Positions 1-13,849 of a stretch of DNA of 64,000 nt are shown in pieces. The notes under the pieces were generated by a model. The model was given only the letters and a program-made list of their open reading frames with translations, searched no databases and was not told the origin of the DNA. Source of the stretch: the human T2T-CHM13v2.0 reference genome, Homo sapiens. Location: NCBI RefSeq assembly GCF_009914755.1, contig NC_060937.1; one strand, 5' to 3'. Both the position numbers and the translations under genes were made by a program. The number at the start of each line of letters is the position of its first letter. The stretch's first letter is position 1.

Positions 1-180
1 CTACAGAAAAGCAGGATTTATGTTCTGTATTTAAGATCTGAATAAGTCTTGGGGTTCATTCTTTTGGCTAAGTTTCCCAGAAAAAGGAGAAATTAAATCA
101 CCTGAGAATATTCTTCTTGGCAATGCCATGGGATCTTTTGGATCACCACAATGTGATAATCATCCTCAATGATAAAATAA

Positions 181-183
<3 letters not shown>

Positions 184-227
<44 letters not shown>
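184..227. repeat. (CA)n microsatellite
   Basis: Pure AC dinucleotide run, about 22 units. Confidence 0.97.
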
Positions 228-229
<2 letters not shown>

Positions 230-420
230 AAATGTGTACATATGAAAAATAACAAAGACACACAGAAAAATACACAGAAACTGAAGAATTTTCTTTCCTG
301 ACACTCAGTTTCCATGGACTAATGGGGTGGTCACATTCTGGATTTGTCTGGATTTGTTTCACACTTTTTTTTCAATTCTAAAGAAAAACATTAAAAATTC
401 TTATCAAATGAAAAATAATA

Positions 421-541
421 GCTTAGGTGCAGTGTCTCATGCCTGTAATCTTGGCAGTTTGGAAGGCCAAGGGGCATGGTAACACTTGAGCCCGGGAGTT
501 TGGGACCAGCCTGGTCAACATGGCGAACCTCTATCTCTACA

Positions 542-587
<46 letters not shown>

Positions 588-770
588 GAAAGCTAGCCAG
601 GCATGGTGGTGCATGCCTATAGTCCCAGCTACTCAGGAGGCTGAGATGGGAAAATCAGCTGAACCCGGGGTGATGGAGGCAGCAGTGAGCCATAATCATA
701 CTGCACTCCATCCTAGGTAACAGAGTGAGACCCTGTCTCAAAAAAATAATAATAATAAAAATAAGAAAAT
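421..770 (+). mobile_element. AluJ-type SINE with (AAT)n-expanded central linker
   Basis: Diverged Alu left and right arms (gcctgtaatc..., gtcccagctactcaggaggctgag, gtgagaccctgtctc) and A-rich tail; (AAT)n at about 542-586. Confidence 0.92.
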
Positions 771-826
771 AATAGATCTGCAGAAAGTAAAAAAGATTAG
801 CCTATATGGATGATCCAGAAGTATGC

Positions 827-987
827 TAAGAAAAATGTAATTCTAAGTACCAGAAAATAATTCTATAAAAAATATATATTAGTTCATAACCACAATATAT
901 TTAAGAAAAATTTAAGGAAATTTAATTCTAAGTACCAGAAAAGAATTCTATAAATAATATATATTAGTTCTTAACCACAATATATTT
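827..987. repeat. Local tandem duplication of an AT-rich ~75-85 bp unit
   Basis: taattctaagtaccagaaaa(t/g)aattctataaa(a/t)aatatatattagttc(a/t)taaccacaatatattt occurs at 838 and 923. Confidence 0.93.
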
Positions 988-1332
988 TTTGATAAAATGT
1001 GGAAGAGCTAGCCTTTTCTGAAGGGAGATTTTCTAGGTTTCAGCTGATAAAATTTTAGGTACATGTGCTTTTTATGTTTGGCAAGTATTAAATTTAATCA
1101 TAGAGTTATTGTCCATAATTAGTATTTGTCTTCTCATACAGAATGACATCTAGTTTTTCCTTTACCTTAAAAATATTCATTGCATGTCTTCAAAATGAGC
1201 ATATGCAACATGTATGTATAATTAAGTATGCATGCATGAATATGCATATGCCCTGATGTACATCTAGATGTTTATAGAGAGACATAAACAATTTCCACCA
1301 GTCATAATCTGTATTTCCTTGAAAAACAACCT

Positions 1333-1377
1333 TATTTTTTTTTAACTTTTATTTTAAGTTCAGAGGTACATGTGCAG
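1333..1377 (-). mobile_element. Very short L1PA 3'-end stub
   Basis: ttttaacttttattttaagttcagaggtacatgtgcag matches the reverse complement of primate L1 3' termini. Confidence 0.7.
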
Positions 1378-1951
1378 CCCATTAATGGTGACTGGAAATC
1401 CAAACTTCTTAGGTAACCACACCAGCAGTGGTTAAAGTAAAAGAAGACATTGTAACATTCATCTGCACAGCGTTGGAAAATGCAGAGAAACATATAGTGC
1501 TGTGAAAATGTTGTAAGAAAATGTCCTGTCCCTATTTTCAACTTCACATTGTTTCAGTGTAGGGTGAAATAAGATGTGGCCTTCTAAAAATTTTCTTCCC
1601 TTCTGTATTGAAAAAAAAATAATAACTTATTCCAGAATTTGTGATGTATCAGGACCCTTCTTTTTTCCCTAACTGATGGAATCTATTATTGTTCATTTCA
1701 ATAATAGTTTATAAAAATGCTCAGTATTTTAAATTTCACTTACCATAACACCAGGTCACAATATATACTTTAAAATGTTTTCACGGAAGGAACGATTACT
1801 ATTATGTGCTAAATCTAAGTGTGTAGAAATGTATGGAAGATGTGTGTGGAAAATTATGTAGAAAAAGTATATAAGTCCTCTTGAAACATATGATACTTAA
1901 GATAAATATTTTCTCACTAACTCATAAAGAACAAAAGCCATCCATATTATC

Positions 1952-3507
1952 TGCTACGGTCTGAATGTGGCCTCCGAAATTTATATGTTAAAACTTAATT
2001 GTCAATGTGATAGTATTAAGAAGTGAGGCCTTTAGGAGGTGTTTAAATTATGAGGGTAGAGCCCTCACTAATAGGGTTAGTGACCTGATAAAAGAGGCAT
2101 GTGGGAGCTGTTCGCCCCTTCCACCACGTGAAGATTTAACAACAAAGTGTCATCTATGAGGCCCTTGCCAGATACTGAGTCTGCTACTTCCTTGATCTTG
2201 GAATTCCCTGCCTCTGGAACTATAAGCAGTAAATTTCAGTTGTTTATAAATTGCCTAGTCTATAGCATTTTGTTATACCAACCTGTAAGGACTGAGAAAG
2301 AAATTGGTACTGGGAATGAGGTGCTGCTGTAACAAATTTTTAAATATGTGGAAGCAGCTTTGGAACTGGGTACCAGGTAGAGGCTGGAAGAGTTTTGGGG
2401 GTATTTGCTATGAAGGGTGATTCTGGTGAAGACCCAGAAGGAGAGAGATCTGTAGAGAAGGCTTTAACTTTTTTACAGATGTTGTGTTCCTGTCCTACTG
2501 CTTTGTGGAAGGTGGAAATTGTAAGTGGTGAAATAGGATATGTGGTGGAAGAAATCAATAAGCAAAGTGTTGAGAATGCAGCGTGGCCTCTATTGACTGC
2601 TTATAGTAAAATGCAAGGAAAAACAAATTAAAGATGAAATCTATACACAAAATGGGACCATAATGTAAAGACTTGAAAAATTATCAGGCTGACCATCTTG
2701 TAAAGAAAGAAAAAGCATGTTCAGGAGAAAATACCAAGAGTACAGTGAAGCAAATATTTGATAAGGAGATTAGCATGAACACAAGGAAGCCAGATGCTAT
2801 TCATCAAAACAGTGAAAGAATGACCCTGAAGGCATTTCAGATATTTTAGGTGCTGGCTGACCCTCCCATCACAGGCCATAGTTACAGGTCAACTCCCAGG
2901 GGATGGACTGATGTCGAAGAGGACCCTCAGACACCCACAGAGCCTCATTCAAGCCTCTTCTCCCTGCATTCTGGCACAGTGCTCCTCATTTATCCCAGGT
3001 GTGGCTCAAGTAGGCCCAGGTGCAGGGCAGGCTGCTGTGGCCACCTCTCCAGAGGGACCAGATGGTAAACCATGGTGGAATTCACATGATACCACCTCTA
3101 CCATGGCACGGAGTACACAAACTCTAAGGGCATGGTTGCCTCCACCTAGATTTCAAAAGATGCCCTCAAGAGCATCAGGGCCCAGGCAGAGTACTGTCAC
3201 AGGGCAACCAAAGAAAGTCTGCACCAGGGCAATGTTAAGTGGAGCCATTATTTAGGGTTACTGCAAAGAATCCCACACAGGAAATGCCTGTTGAAGCTAT
3301 TGGGGTGGCACTGGCCCTGAGACTCTTTCTGACATGTGAGGATGCAAGGACAAGGTGCCATCTATGAAGCCCTCATCAGACACTCACTCTGCTGATGCCT
3401 TAATTTTTGACTTCTCAGTCTCCAGAACTGTGAGCAATACATTTCTGTTGTTTATAAATTACTCAGTGTATGATGTTGTATTATAGCAGCCTGAACAGAC
3501 TAAGACA
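1952..3507 (+). mobile_element. ERVL-MaLR element (MSTD/MLT1A-like): 5' LTR 1952-~2298, partial internal region, 3' half of the 3' LTR ~3327-3507
   Basis: LTR start tgctacggtctgaatgtg; ends ggactgaga and gactaagaca; internal begins gaaattggtactggg; 5-bp TSD ttatc/atatc. Confidence 0.85.
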
Positions 3508-3756
3508 ATATCCAAGATTATGTTTGGGATATAACAGGCCTATAATTATAATATCTTTAATACATATGGTAATAGATTAAATGTAATAAGTTTATAAATG
3601 AATTTTTCTACCACCTCTTAATGGAAACAGATGATGTCTTGTCAATTTTCTGTATTTAGCACCAGAAAAAGTACATGGACACTAAGGAGCGCAATCCTAG
3701 CCCACAGCTTTCTCATCATCTAATTTCATCTAAAGACCGAACTGGGATTATCAAGA

Positions 3757-3937
3757 GCAAGAATTTCCAAAATTTAGAATGCATAAGGATTACATGAAGT
3801 GATTACGAAAAGTGATATTTCTAAGGCTTTGATTCCAGAGATTCTGATTTAGTGAGTTTGAGTTGGGCCCCTACATCGAATTATCTTTTCTTGAAAGACT
3901 GATGCAAATTGTTCCCGTTAACACTTGATAAACACTG
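3757..3937. mobile_element. MER5-like hAT DNA transposon relic
   Basis: ccagagattctgatttagtgagtttgagttgggccc core, with a terminus resembling cacttgataaacactg. Confidence 0.6.
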
Positions 3938-4750
3938 ATATGTAGGAATGAAATAACTGTGTATCCTTATTTCTCACATGTCAGCTTTTGAGAATAAATG
4001 CCCATAAGGCATCTTGGAATCATGTTCAATGGCAATAAACAGGAGTGCAGGCATCTCATTTTGCTGATTAAGAGTAAATGTGTATGTTTTGACATTAAAG
4101 CTGAGGTTAGAGTTGACAATTTTTAGAAATCCTGTGGAGCTAACAAGAATATTGGCCTGAATAACTAAACACTTTCAAGTTAAGACTTTCTTTAGAAAAC
4201 ATATTTGATCTTTATCAATTTACAAAAGCATGGGTCAAAGATACCATGATTTTGTACCATAAAGTCTGGACACAATAGTTTTGAACAACTTATGATATTA
4301 ATTGCTTAAAATAACCATTAAGTATAAAACAGAGAAAGAGAATGACAGAGAAATATTCAATAGACTCCACAAATGAAGAGTAATCATAATGTGTGTGTCT
4401 GTGTACACATATCCATTTTGAAGTAAATCGGTTGACGTGATATAATTTCTATTAAATACCAATTAACTTTTTAGGGACTATATTCAAAACTTTCAATTTA
4501 AAAATATTTGATCATGAACTGCTATTCATATAAATATTAAAGGATGGTTTAAAAAGTGACAAAAGCATAAAAATAAATACAACTTTCTATTTTTGACAGA
4601 TTTGAAGGGGATATGTACATATTTTTTTCATGTCAAGATTACCTAAAATTATCAAGTCATAAAATCCAAGTTTTCTCTTTAATTTATTTTTTTGTCTCTC
4701 AAATTTGTTATGTGATCTGTCGGGAAATTGTTGCTATCGATCGTGAAACC

Positions 4751-4845
4751 TCAGGGGGTATTAAGGTCTTTACAGGCATCATTTTCTGCCTGGTCTCTAT
4801 TGACACCAAACAACTTAGCGATTGGTGGTCTCTCAGGGTCAAAGA
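4751..4845 (-). other. Candidate terminal exon C (reads FDPERPPIAKLFGVNRDQAENDACKDLNTP*)
   Basis: Acceptor ttttattgatctttccctag; TGA at 4753-4751; AATAAA at 4688-4683; locally CpG-richer than background. No homology recognised. Confidence 0.3.
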
Positions 4846-5182
4846 CTAGGGAAAGATCAATAAAAACTGCAAACAATCTCAGTTGTTTTCACAGCGAATT
4901 CACAAGGTGAGAGAAAATAGAATGTGCCTCTCAACTGTTGACTTCTGTGTCTGGACTCAAAGCTCCACAGAAACAACATCATTTCAATACTTAAAATGAG
5001 AAAACCTTCAGATAACTATTTTTTAAATAAATAAACTTTATGGAAATATAATTGATATATAAAAACATCTGCAGGTGAATAGAAAATGTGTTGAGTTTGG
5101 ATATATGCATACACCGATGATACTATCACCACAATAGAGGTAATAAATATGTCCTCTACCTCCAAAGGTGTCCTTCTGCCCC

Positions 5183-5184
<2 letters not shown>

Positions 5185-5215
<31 letters not shown>
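5185..5215. repeat. (TG)n microsatellite in the L1 3' UTR
   Basis: Direct reading. Confidence 0.95.
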
Positions 5216-5216
<1 letters not shown>

Positions 5217-5954
5217 GTTTTGTTTGTAAGAACACTTAACATGCAATCTACCCTATTTCTTAAGTGCATGATACTATGTTGTTAACTATAGGTGCTATGT
5301 GGTACACAAATCTCTAGAGTTTATTCATCTTGCATAACTGAAACTTTACACCATTGACCAACAACTCCCCTTTCCCCTTCCGACCGCTGGCAATCACCAT
5401 TCTATTCTCTGCTTCTATGAGTCTGAGCATTTTAGACACCTCATATAAGTGGATTCATGCAGTATTTGTCCTTTTGTGAATGGCTTCTTTCATTTAGCAT
5501 ATTGTCCTTTAAGTTTATCCATGTTGTCACAAATAGGATTTCATTGTTTTTTCAATGCTGAACAATATTGCATTTTATGTAGATACCACATTTCCTTTAT
5601 CCATTAATCTGTCAATGGACTTCTGTTTTTTTTTTCCTACCTTGGCTATTGTGAATAATGTTGCATTGAACATGAAAGTGCAAATGTGTCTTTGAGATCC
5701 TGATTTCAATCCTTTTGAATATATACCCAGAATTGGGATTGCTAGATCATAGGATACTTTTTTTTGATAAATCTTTATGCTACTCATAATGGCTGATTCA
5801 TTTTACACTTACATCTACAGTGTTCAAATGTCCCAATTTTTCAGCATCCTTGGCAACACTTTTTATTTTTACTTTTATTATAGTCATCCTAACAGAGATG
5901 CAGTGATATCTAGTGGTTTTAATCTGAAATTCTCTGATGATTAGTAATGTTGAG

Positions 5955-6333
5955 TGTATTAGCCTGTTCTCACACTGCTAATAAAGACATACCCAAGACT
6001 CGGTAATTTATAAAGGAAAGAGGTTTAATTGATTCACAGTTCCACAGGGCTAGGGAGGCCTCAGGAAACTTACAATCATGGCAGAAAGGGAAGCAAATAC
6101 ATCCTTCCTCACATGGTGGCAGCAAGGAGACGTGCTGATCAAAAGGGGGAAAAGCCCCTTATAAAACCATCAGCTCTCATGAGAATTCACTCAGTGTCAT
6201 GAGAAAAGCAGCATGGGGGTAACCCCCCCCATGATTCAATTACCTCCCACTGGGTCCCTCTCACAACACGTGGGATTTATGAGAACTACAATCCAAGGTG
6301 AGATTTGGGTGGGGACACAGCTGAACCATATCA
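5955..6333 (-). mobile_element. THE1C-like solo LTR (ERVL-MaLR)
   Basis: Termini tgtattag...ccatatca; perfect 5-bp TSD ttgag (5950-5954 / 6334-6338). Confidence 0.93.
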
Positions 6334-6733
6334 TTGAGTATGTTTTTTTATATACCTGATGAGCACTTCTATGACTTCTGTGGAGAAATATCTACTGAAG
6401 TCCTTTGTTCATTTTTTAATTGCATTGATTTTTGTTTTGTTTACTTGTGTGCTTGTTTACTATTGAGTTGGAGGAGTTTCTTAAATATTTTGGAGATTAA
6501 AACCTTATCAAATACATATGGTTTACAAATATTTACTCCCATTCTTCAGATTGCCTTTTCATTCTGTTGATTGTATCCTTTGAGGTGCAGAAGCTTTTTA
6601 GTTTGACATAGTCCCACTTGTGTATTTTTGCTTTTGTTGCCTTTGCTTTTGGGATCATATTTAAGAAATCATTGCCAAGACCAATAAGCTTTTCCTCATT
6701 CTTTTCTTCTAGAATTTATACAGTTTGATGTCA

Positions 6734-7055
<322 letters not shown>

Positions 7056-8208
7056 GAATTTATACAATTTAATGTCTTATATTTTAGTCTGTTTTCAGTT
7101 GACTTCTGGAGATGGTGGAAAATAGGGGCCAAATTTCATTCTTTTGCATATGATTATCCAGTTTTCCCAACATCATTTGATGATGAGGTTGTCCTTTCCC
7201 CATTGTGTATTTCTTGGCACACTTGTCAATAATCAGTTGCCTATATATCAGTGGGTTTTTTTTCTGTGTTCTCTATTCAGCTGCATTAATCTATATGTCC
7301 AACTTTATGTCAACAGCAAACTTTAAATTACTGTAGCTTTGTAATATAGTTTAAAATTAGGAAGTGTGATGCTTCCAGGTTTGTTCTTCTTTCTCAAGAT
7401 CATTGGCTATTTTGTGTCTTTTGTAGTTCCATATAAACTTTAGAATTTGTTTTGCTATTTATTTCCAAATAATAATGGCATTGGAATTTAGTGGTGACAG
7501 CGCTGAATCTGTAGATTGCTGTGGGTAGTATGGGCATTTTGACAATATTATATCTTCCAATCCATGAACATGGGTGGCCTTTCCATTTATTTGTATCTTT
7601 TAAAATTTCTTTTATCAATGTTTTGTAGTTTTCAGTGGATAATTTTTTCAAGCCCTTGGATAAGCATATTATTAAGTATTGTATTTTTATGCTATTGTAA
7701 ATGGGATCATGTTCTTTATTTTTTTTGAATAGTCCATTGTTAGTTAAAAAAGACACAACATTATTTTGTATGCTCATTTTGAATTCTTCAATTTTACTGA
7801 ATTTATTTATTAGATCTAACAATTTTTCTAGTGGTGTCTTCAGGGTTTTCTATATATAAGATCATATCATCTGCAAACAAAGACAGTCCTTCCATTCTGA
7901 CTTAAATGCCTTTTTGTTTTTTTCGTTCCTAATTTCTCGGTTAAGACTTCCAGTACTATGTTGAATAGAAGCGGAGAGAGTGGACATCCTTGCCTTGTTC
8001 CCGATCTTAGGGGAAAAGCTCTAACTTTTCACGGTTGAGTATGATGTTAGCTGTGGGTCTGTCATATGTGGCCTTTATCATGTTGAGACACATTCCTGCT
8101 ATACTTATTTTGTTAAATGTTTTTTATTGTGAAAGTGTATTAAATTTTGTCAAATGCTTTTTCTACACCTATTGAGATGACTATAGGATTTTTTCCTTCA
8201 TTCTGTGA

Positions 8209-8250
8209 GGGTTAGGGTTAGGGAAGCATAGGGTTAGGGTTAGAGTTAGG
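8209..8250 (+). repeat. Short interstitial telomeric-like repeat (TTAGGG)n, degenerate
   Basis: gggttagggttagggaagcatagggttagggttagagttagg. Confidence 0.9.
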
Positions 8251-8362
8251 AAAAGGTATGTATATCCTTCACAGAAGGATAAAAATCCTATAGTCATTTC
8301 AATAGGTGTAAAAAAAGCACTTGACAAAATTTATTACTCTTTCGTGATAAAAACACTCAACA

Positions 8363-8718
<356 letters not shown>

Positions 8719-9311
8719 TTATGACATCTATTGATATGTGTGTGTCGAATCATCCTTGCATCCCAGGGATAAATCCCACTTCATCATGAATGATAGTTTT
8801 TACTGTGCTGTTGAATTCAGTTTGCTAGTATTTTTAAACAGTTTTTGCAACTATGTTTGTTGGTAATAATAGTCTGTAATTTTCTTATGTTGTAGCACCC
8901 TTGCCTGGCTTTGGTATTAGGGTAATGCTGGTCTCATCAAGAGTTTGAATATGTTCTCTTCACTTTTTTAGAAAAGTTTGAGAAGGGTTAATATTGGGTC
9001 CTCTCTAAATGTTTGGTACAATTCAGCAGTAAAGCCACTCAGTCCTGGGCTTTCCTTTGATGGGAGACTATTTATTACTGATTCAATGTTCTTATTTGTA
9101 ATTGGCCTGATCAGATTTTCTATTCTCTCCCATTTTAGTCTTTGTATGTTGTACATTTCTAGTAATTTATTTATTTCCTCTAGTTAACAAATTTGTTGGT
9201 TTATAATTGTTCATATTTTCTAGTGTGATCCTTTGTATTTCTGTGGCATCAGTCATAATGTCTTCATTTTTCACTTCTAATTTTATTTGTCTTCTGTTTT
9301 TCTTAGCTACT

Positions 9312-9807
9312 TGCAATGATTAATACTGAGTGTCAACTTGACTGGATTGAAGGATACAAAGTATTAATCCTGGGTGTGTCAGTATGGGTGTTGCCAAAAG
9401 AGATTAACATTTGAGTCAATGGGCTGGGGAGGGCAGACCTACTCTTAATCCAGTGAACACAATCTAATCAGCTTCCAGCAAATATAAAGGAGGCAGAAAA
9501 CATAAAAAAGAGACACAGGTCCAGCCTCCCAGCCCACATCTTTCTCCCGTGTTGGATGCTTCCTGCCCTCGAACGTCGGACTCCAAATTCTTCAGTTTTG
9601 GGATTTGGACTGGCTCTCCTTGCTCCTCAGCTTGTAGACAGGCTATTGTGGGACCTTGTGATAGTGTAAGTTAATACTTGATAAACTTATATATATATAT
9701 ATAATATATAATATATATATCTCAAGTATAATAGGATATATATATCCTATATATATATATATATATATCTCCTGTTAGTTCTATCCCTCTAAGAGAACCC
9801 TAATACA
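9312..9807 (+). mobile_element. MLT2A-type (HERV-L) solo LTR with internal (TA)n tract
   Basis: ttaatactgagtgtcaacttga...gaaggatacaaagtattaatcctgggtgtgtc start; gagaaccctaataca end; TSD ctact/ctagt. Confidence 0.9.
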
Positions 9808-10124
9808 CTAGTTTAGCTAAAGACTTGTCAATTCCATTAATCTTTCAAAAAAGCCAAATATTTCATTGATCTATTGCATTTTTTCTTCTAGTCTCTATTT
9901 GGTTTATTTCTGCCCTAATTGCTATATTTTCCTTCTTTTTGCTACCTTCAGGCTTTTTTCTTTTTTTATTTCCTTGAGGTGTAAAGTTAGCTTGTTTGAG
10001 ATCTTTTATCTTTCTTAATGTAGGCATTTATCACTATAAGTTTTCCTCTTAGTACCGCTTTTGCCACATCCCATAAGTTATGTGTGTTGTAGTTTCCTTT
10101 TCATTTGTCTGAAGGTTGTTTAAA

Positions 10125-10280
10125 GCTTTATTTTACTTTTAATTGACACATAAGTGAAAAAGATATTTTTGTAGTAAAGTGTAATGTTTCCTTACATATA
10201 TACAGTGTGTAATTCTCAAATCAGGGTATTTAGCAAATCCATCACCTCAAACATTTATCATTTTCTTCTAGTGAGAACAA
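10125..10280 (-). mobile_element. L1MA 3'-end fragment
   Basis: caaatcagggtatttagcaaatccatcacctcaaacatttatcatttt is typical of L1MA 3' UTRs. Confidence 0.75.
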
Positions 10281-10465
10281 CCTGAAGATAATTTTTGTCT
10301 CTCTTCTGCACTCTAAAGGCTCTTATTCTCACTTGATCATTATTTACTTTTTTTGGTTGCTACGGTGCTCTAAGTTTAAATTTTCTCTAATGACAGCTAG
10401 TGAGATACCTGAGCCAGATATGCCCAATAAACTAAATCAGTCAAAATTGTGTTATTTGTACTTAC

Positions 10466-10506
10466 CAGTTTTAAAAATATAAGTAGTTCTCCCAGTAACC
10501 TCCTTC
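10466..10506 (-). other. Candidate 41-nt exon B (KEVTGRTTYIFKT)
   Basis: Acceptor ...aatcacag; consensus donor CTG|GTAAGT; phase-compatible with candidate exons A and C. Confidence 0.3.
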
Positions 10507-12139
10507 CTGTGATTGTATTTAAAAGAATAATTACATGTATCTCAAAAACGTATGCCCCAAACCATTCATGACAACATTACTTATATTAAAAGTTGGAAGC
10601 ATTAAATTTCCAAAAGTAAGTCAGTATTTAATACATCAGGTTAAATCTACAAGATAAAATACTTTTAGTGAAACTACATTTAAATATACCGACAATATGT
10701 GAAAAGTAAAAAACTAAATCTACACAAACAAAAAAACTATATATACCTTGTGGGTTACATTGATTTAAATGTGAATATTATCCATGTCTGTAAGTATGTA
10801 TTGCTCTATCTCATCTCTTTCTATGCGGATGCCAAGGCAGAGAATGACAGCATTGGCTCTCTGTGGTTGAAGACAGTATTTAGTGTCTTCTTTCTCTTTC
10901 TTTATGTTTATGTATATGCTGTATTGGCTGCAATGTTGCCTAGACAAGTCATGTTCATGGAATAGATGAGCCACACATTACACTTCCATTCAGAGGAAAG
11001 AATGACACCTTACATTCTTCCCTCCTTCTACAACACACACAGCTATTTCTGCTTCTGAGCAGGTGTGGCTTTTTCTGCCATTACCTTGAATGATAGGTGG
11101 CAGGGCTTTGTAACACCAGCACACAAACTGTTTTGAGCTCTTGATCACAAATATCTAAATATAAACTCTGGTCACTAGCAAAAATAAACCTGTATCCTGA
11201 ATGTTTTCTAGTTAAAGCACACTTCATGTTCTGATTCAAGGAATTTCTAAATGTCTTTGCAGTGTGAATCCACTCAATAAGAAATCATATGGAACAACCT
11301 GCAAATTTAACTTTGAAGATAGAGACAGCAAAATATATCACTACAATCTCAGCACTAGGAAATGCTACCTTAAATAAAGGCAATATTGATTTTTAGATAA
11401 TCTATACTATGCTGTTCAAGGATATTACTTTCTTAATCAAAAGAACCATAATTTTTGTGTATTTACTAAGAAAATAAAACAGTTAATTTTACAGACTTTC
11501 TGGATGTATGTAAATATACAAAAGAGACTAAATTTTAAGTGTGATTTATTTGGACATTTTGATGTATGTATATATAATTGTATATACATTCCTGAATGAT
11601 TATATTTATGTATTTATATATACATACATTAGTTTAAGGTATGACTGTAATATATCTATATAAATTTAATGTCCTCTTTCGTACAGTATTTAATCTACCC
11701 ATGCCTATGGAAAATCTTTCAATTTCAGAAGTGAATGCTTTGACAGTATAACTATGTGTAAGAATAAATAGGTATTATAATATAATACACCTTCTATGAC
11801 TACTTTTGCCTGTGGCTTCCATCTTTGCAAGATTTCAAGTTTGAGATTCTACCTTTTATCAATATGATTTGATGCAAGTTGGCTCCAGACTATCTCCCTT
11901 GACAAGCTAGTTTCATTTAGATACATTTCTTTTATTGGCAACACCATTGTAAGCCCAGGATAAATAATATCCCATAATCATTAATTTATTTGACTACCTT
12001 TGTCTTCAGTCTGTGAAGTCTGTGAGTTTCTTCACAGGAAAATTCCTCTTATTTTTCATCTTTCTGTCCGCAGATGGTGGCACCATCCCATGAGCTGAGT
12101 AAATTGGCAGTTATGAGTGGGAACAGCAGATGGGACACT

Positions 12140-12530
12140 TAAGTCAATAGAGAGAAAACCTGTGCTAGTGGAGCTTACATTCTAGTAGACAGACATAGAC
12201 AATAAGTGCATACATAAAAGTGATTCTAGCAGAGAGTGATCAATGTTATGAAATGAAAGCAAGTTGATGTAATAGAAAATTAATGATTGTGTAGATGAGG
12301 GTCATGAGGTTATTTAGATATGGTGATGGGGTAACTTCTGGTAGCTAGGCTTAATTTCAACCAGCAGCTGAAAACTGAGAAGAGACAGGTCTTACAGAGA
12401 ATTAGAGGGTGGACTGTGCAAAGCGAAGAGTGAAGATTTTTGAGCCAGAAATGAGTATGATACATTCTAGGGGAAAAAAGATCAGTGTGACTAATATAAC
12501 ACAAGGAAGGGGGAGACTGATTTCAGTTGG
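12140..12530 (-). mobile_element. L2 fragment
   Basis: tggagcttacattctagt...agacaataag and other L2a-like motifs; boundaries approximate. Confidence 0.6.
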
Positions 12531-13025
12531 ATTCCAATTGAACAGAATTTAAGATTTTTAAGAACAAAAAATACAATACTAATGTTAATGATTAGTAAAA
12601 GTTATAATGGAGCCTCCTTTTGTTAATTCGGAATAGATCCATTGTAGCAATGTAAATGTTTGGTTAGATCAAGGGCAGGGCAGGCTGACCGTATAGGGCT
12701 AAGCTTCGTATGTATTCCTAAGTACTTTTGGACTAATTAGCTGCAGATAAAAATTAACCTGTTTCATATCATAATTATTTCTGGCAACTGCTTTTAGGAA
12801 GATGATCCATTACTTAGTTTAGGTATTATATTTATTCTATTTCCTGAAACATCACATTTTATCATCACTGATCTGAAGTCACTGATTCTATATCACTTTG
12901 TATCAACAAAACACCCAATCAAGTTTTCCATGCTTATTGGGTTTAAAACATTTTCACATAATTTAGAGAAGTATGTTTTTTTTTTTTTTTGTATCACGTA
13001 CATAAAGCCTACTTCCCTAACTCAC

Positions 13026-13144
13026 TGGGGGAAGGATAAAGTCAAGAGTATTCCCTTCCGTGTTGGGGGGTATATTTGTTCTTGTTTCAAATCATCTAAA
13101 TTCTAAAGCTCGTTGTACGCTACAGATCTTGTTTCTATGGTTAC
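13026..13144 (-). other. Candidate 119-nt exon A (VTIETRSVAYNEL*NLDDLKQEQIYPPTRKGILLTLSFPQ)
   Basis: Acceptor gcattcttctttttcaag; donor CCA|GTGAGT; single in-frame TAG at 13105-13103. Confidence 0.3.
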
Positions 13145-13849
13145 CTTGAAAAAGAAGAATGCATGTTATTATACACAAACCCACTATTTCAAGAATGACC
13201 AAATAGGAGAAGAAACCACACATGCATTTCCATTATTTGTAACCTAAGTCAGCACAAGATTAGAGAAACAAAAAATAGAGTAGGAAGTTAAAGTCAAACA
13301 TGAAAAAATAAAACGAAACAACAAAAGAGAAAAAATGTGTACAGAAATTTTTGAGCACAAAAGTAAATAATTATCCTCTTCAAGGACAAAAGCATGCTCT
13401 ACCTGTGTGCATGTGTATGTGTGTGTTTTAAAATTATAGTTTAATAAAACAGTAATGAGTTTTAAGGGTGATCTTCTTTAAAATTTGCTTTTCTATTCTA
13501 CTATTAGGACAATAATAAATTCCCACTAATTGTTATTTCAAAGGTGATCAGCAATTATAGAAAGGGAAAAGAAATAATCATAAAACAAATAGAAAAATGT
13601 GTGCATGTCTCAAGTACTGTTGGCAAAAATATATATATATATATATATACATAATATAGTTTCTACCCTAAGGAAGATTATCATGCATTTGTATTTGAAG
13701 AATTAAAATGAGCTTACATGACATATTAGATATTAAGGTATGAGTAGATGAGAAAATGTACAAGAGAAGAGCTAAAAGGGAGCTTTAATAAGTTAGGTAG
13801 ACACACCTCAGTCATGTGCCACAGAGCATTTAAAAAATATTTTTAAATC

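Noticed and set aside
93-362. 89-aa ORF with a CVCVCV run, and a possible minus exon at 102-164
   Set aside because: The ORF is created by the (CA)n repeat; the exon has a weak gag acceptor and no other support.
1195-1270. ATGCAT/palindrome-rich stretch resembling POU sites
   Set aside because: Low-complexity purine-pyrimidine alternation; no other support.
2147-3255. Several ORFs of 61-114 aa
   Set aside because: They lie in MaLR LTR/internal sequence and are decayed fragments.
7400-7822. 140-aa ORF, the longest in the window
   Set aside because: Degraded L1 ORF2 fragment, not a host gene.
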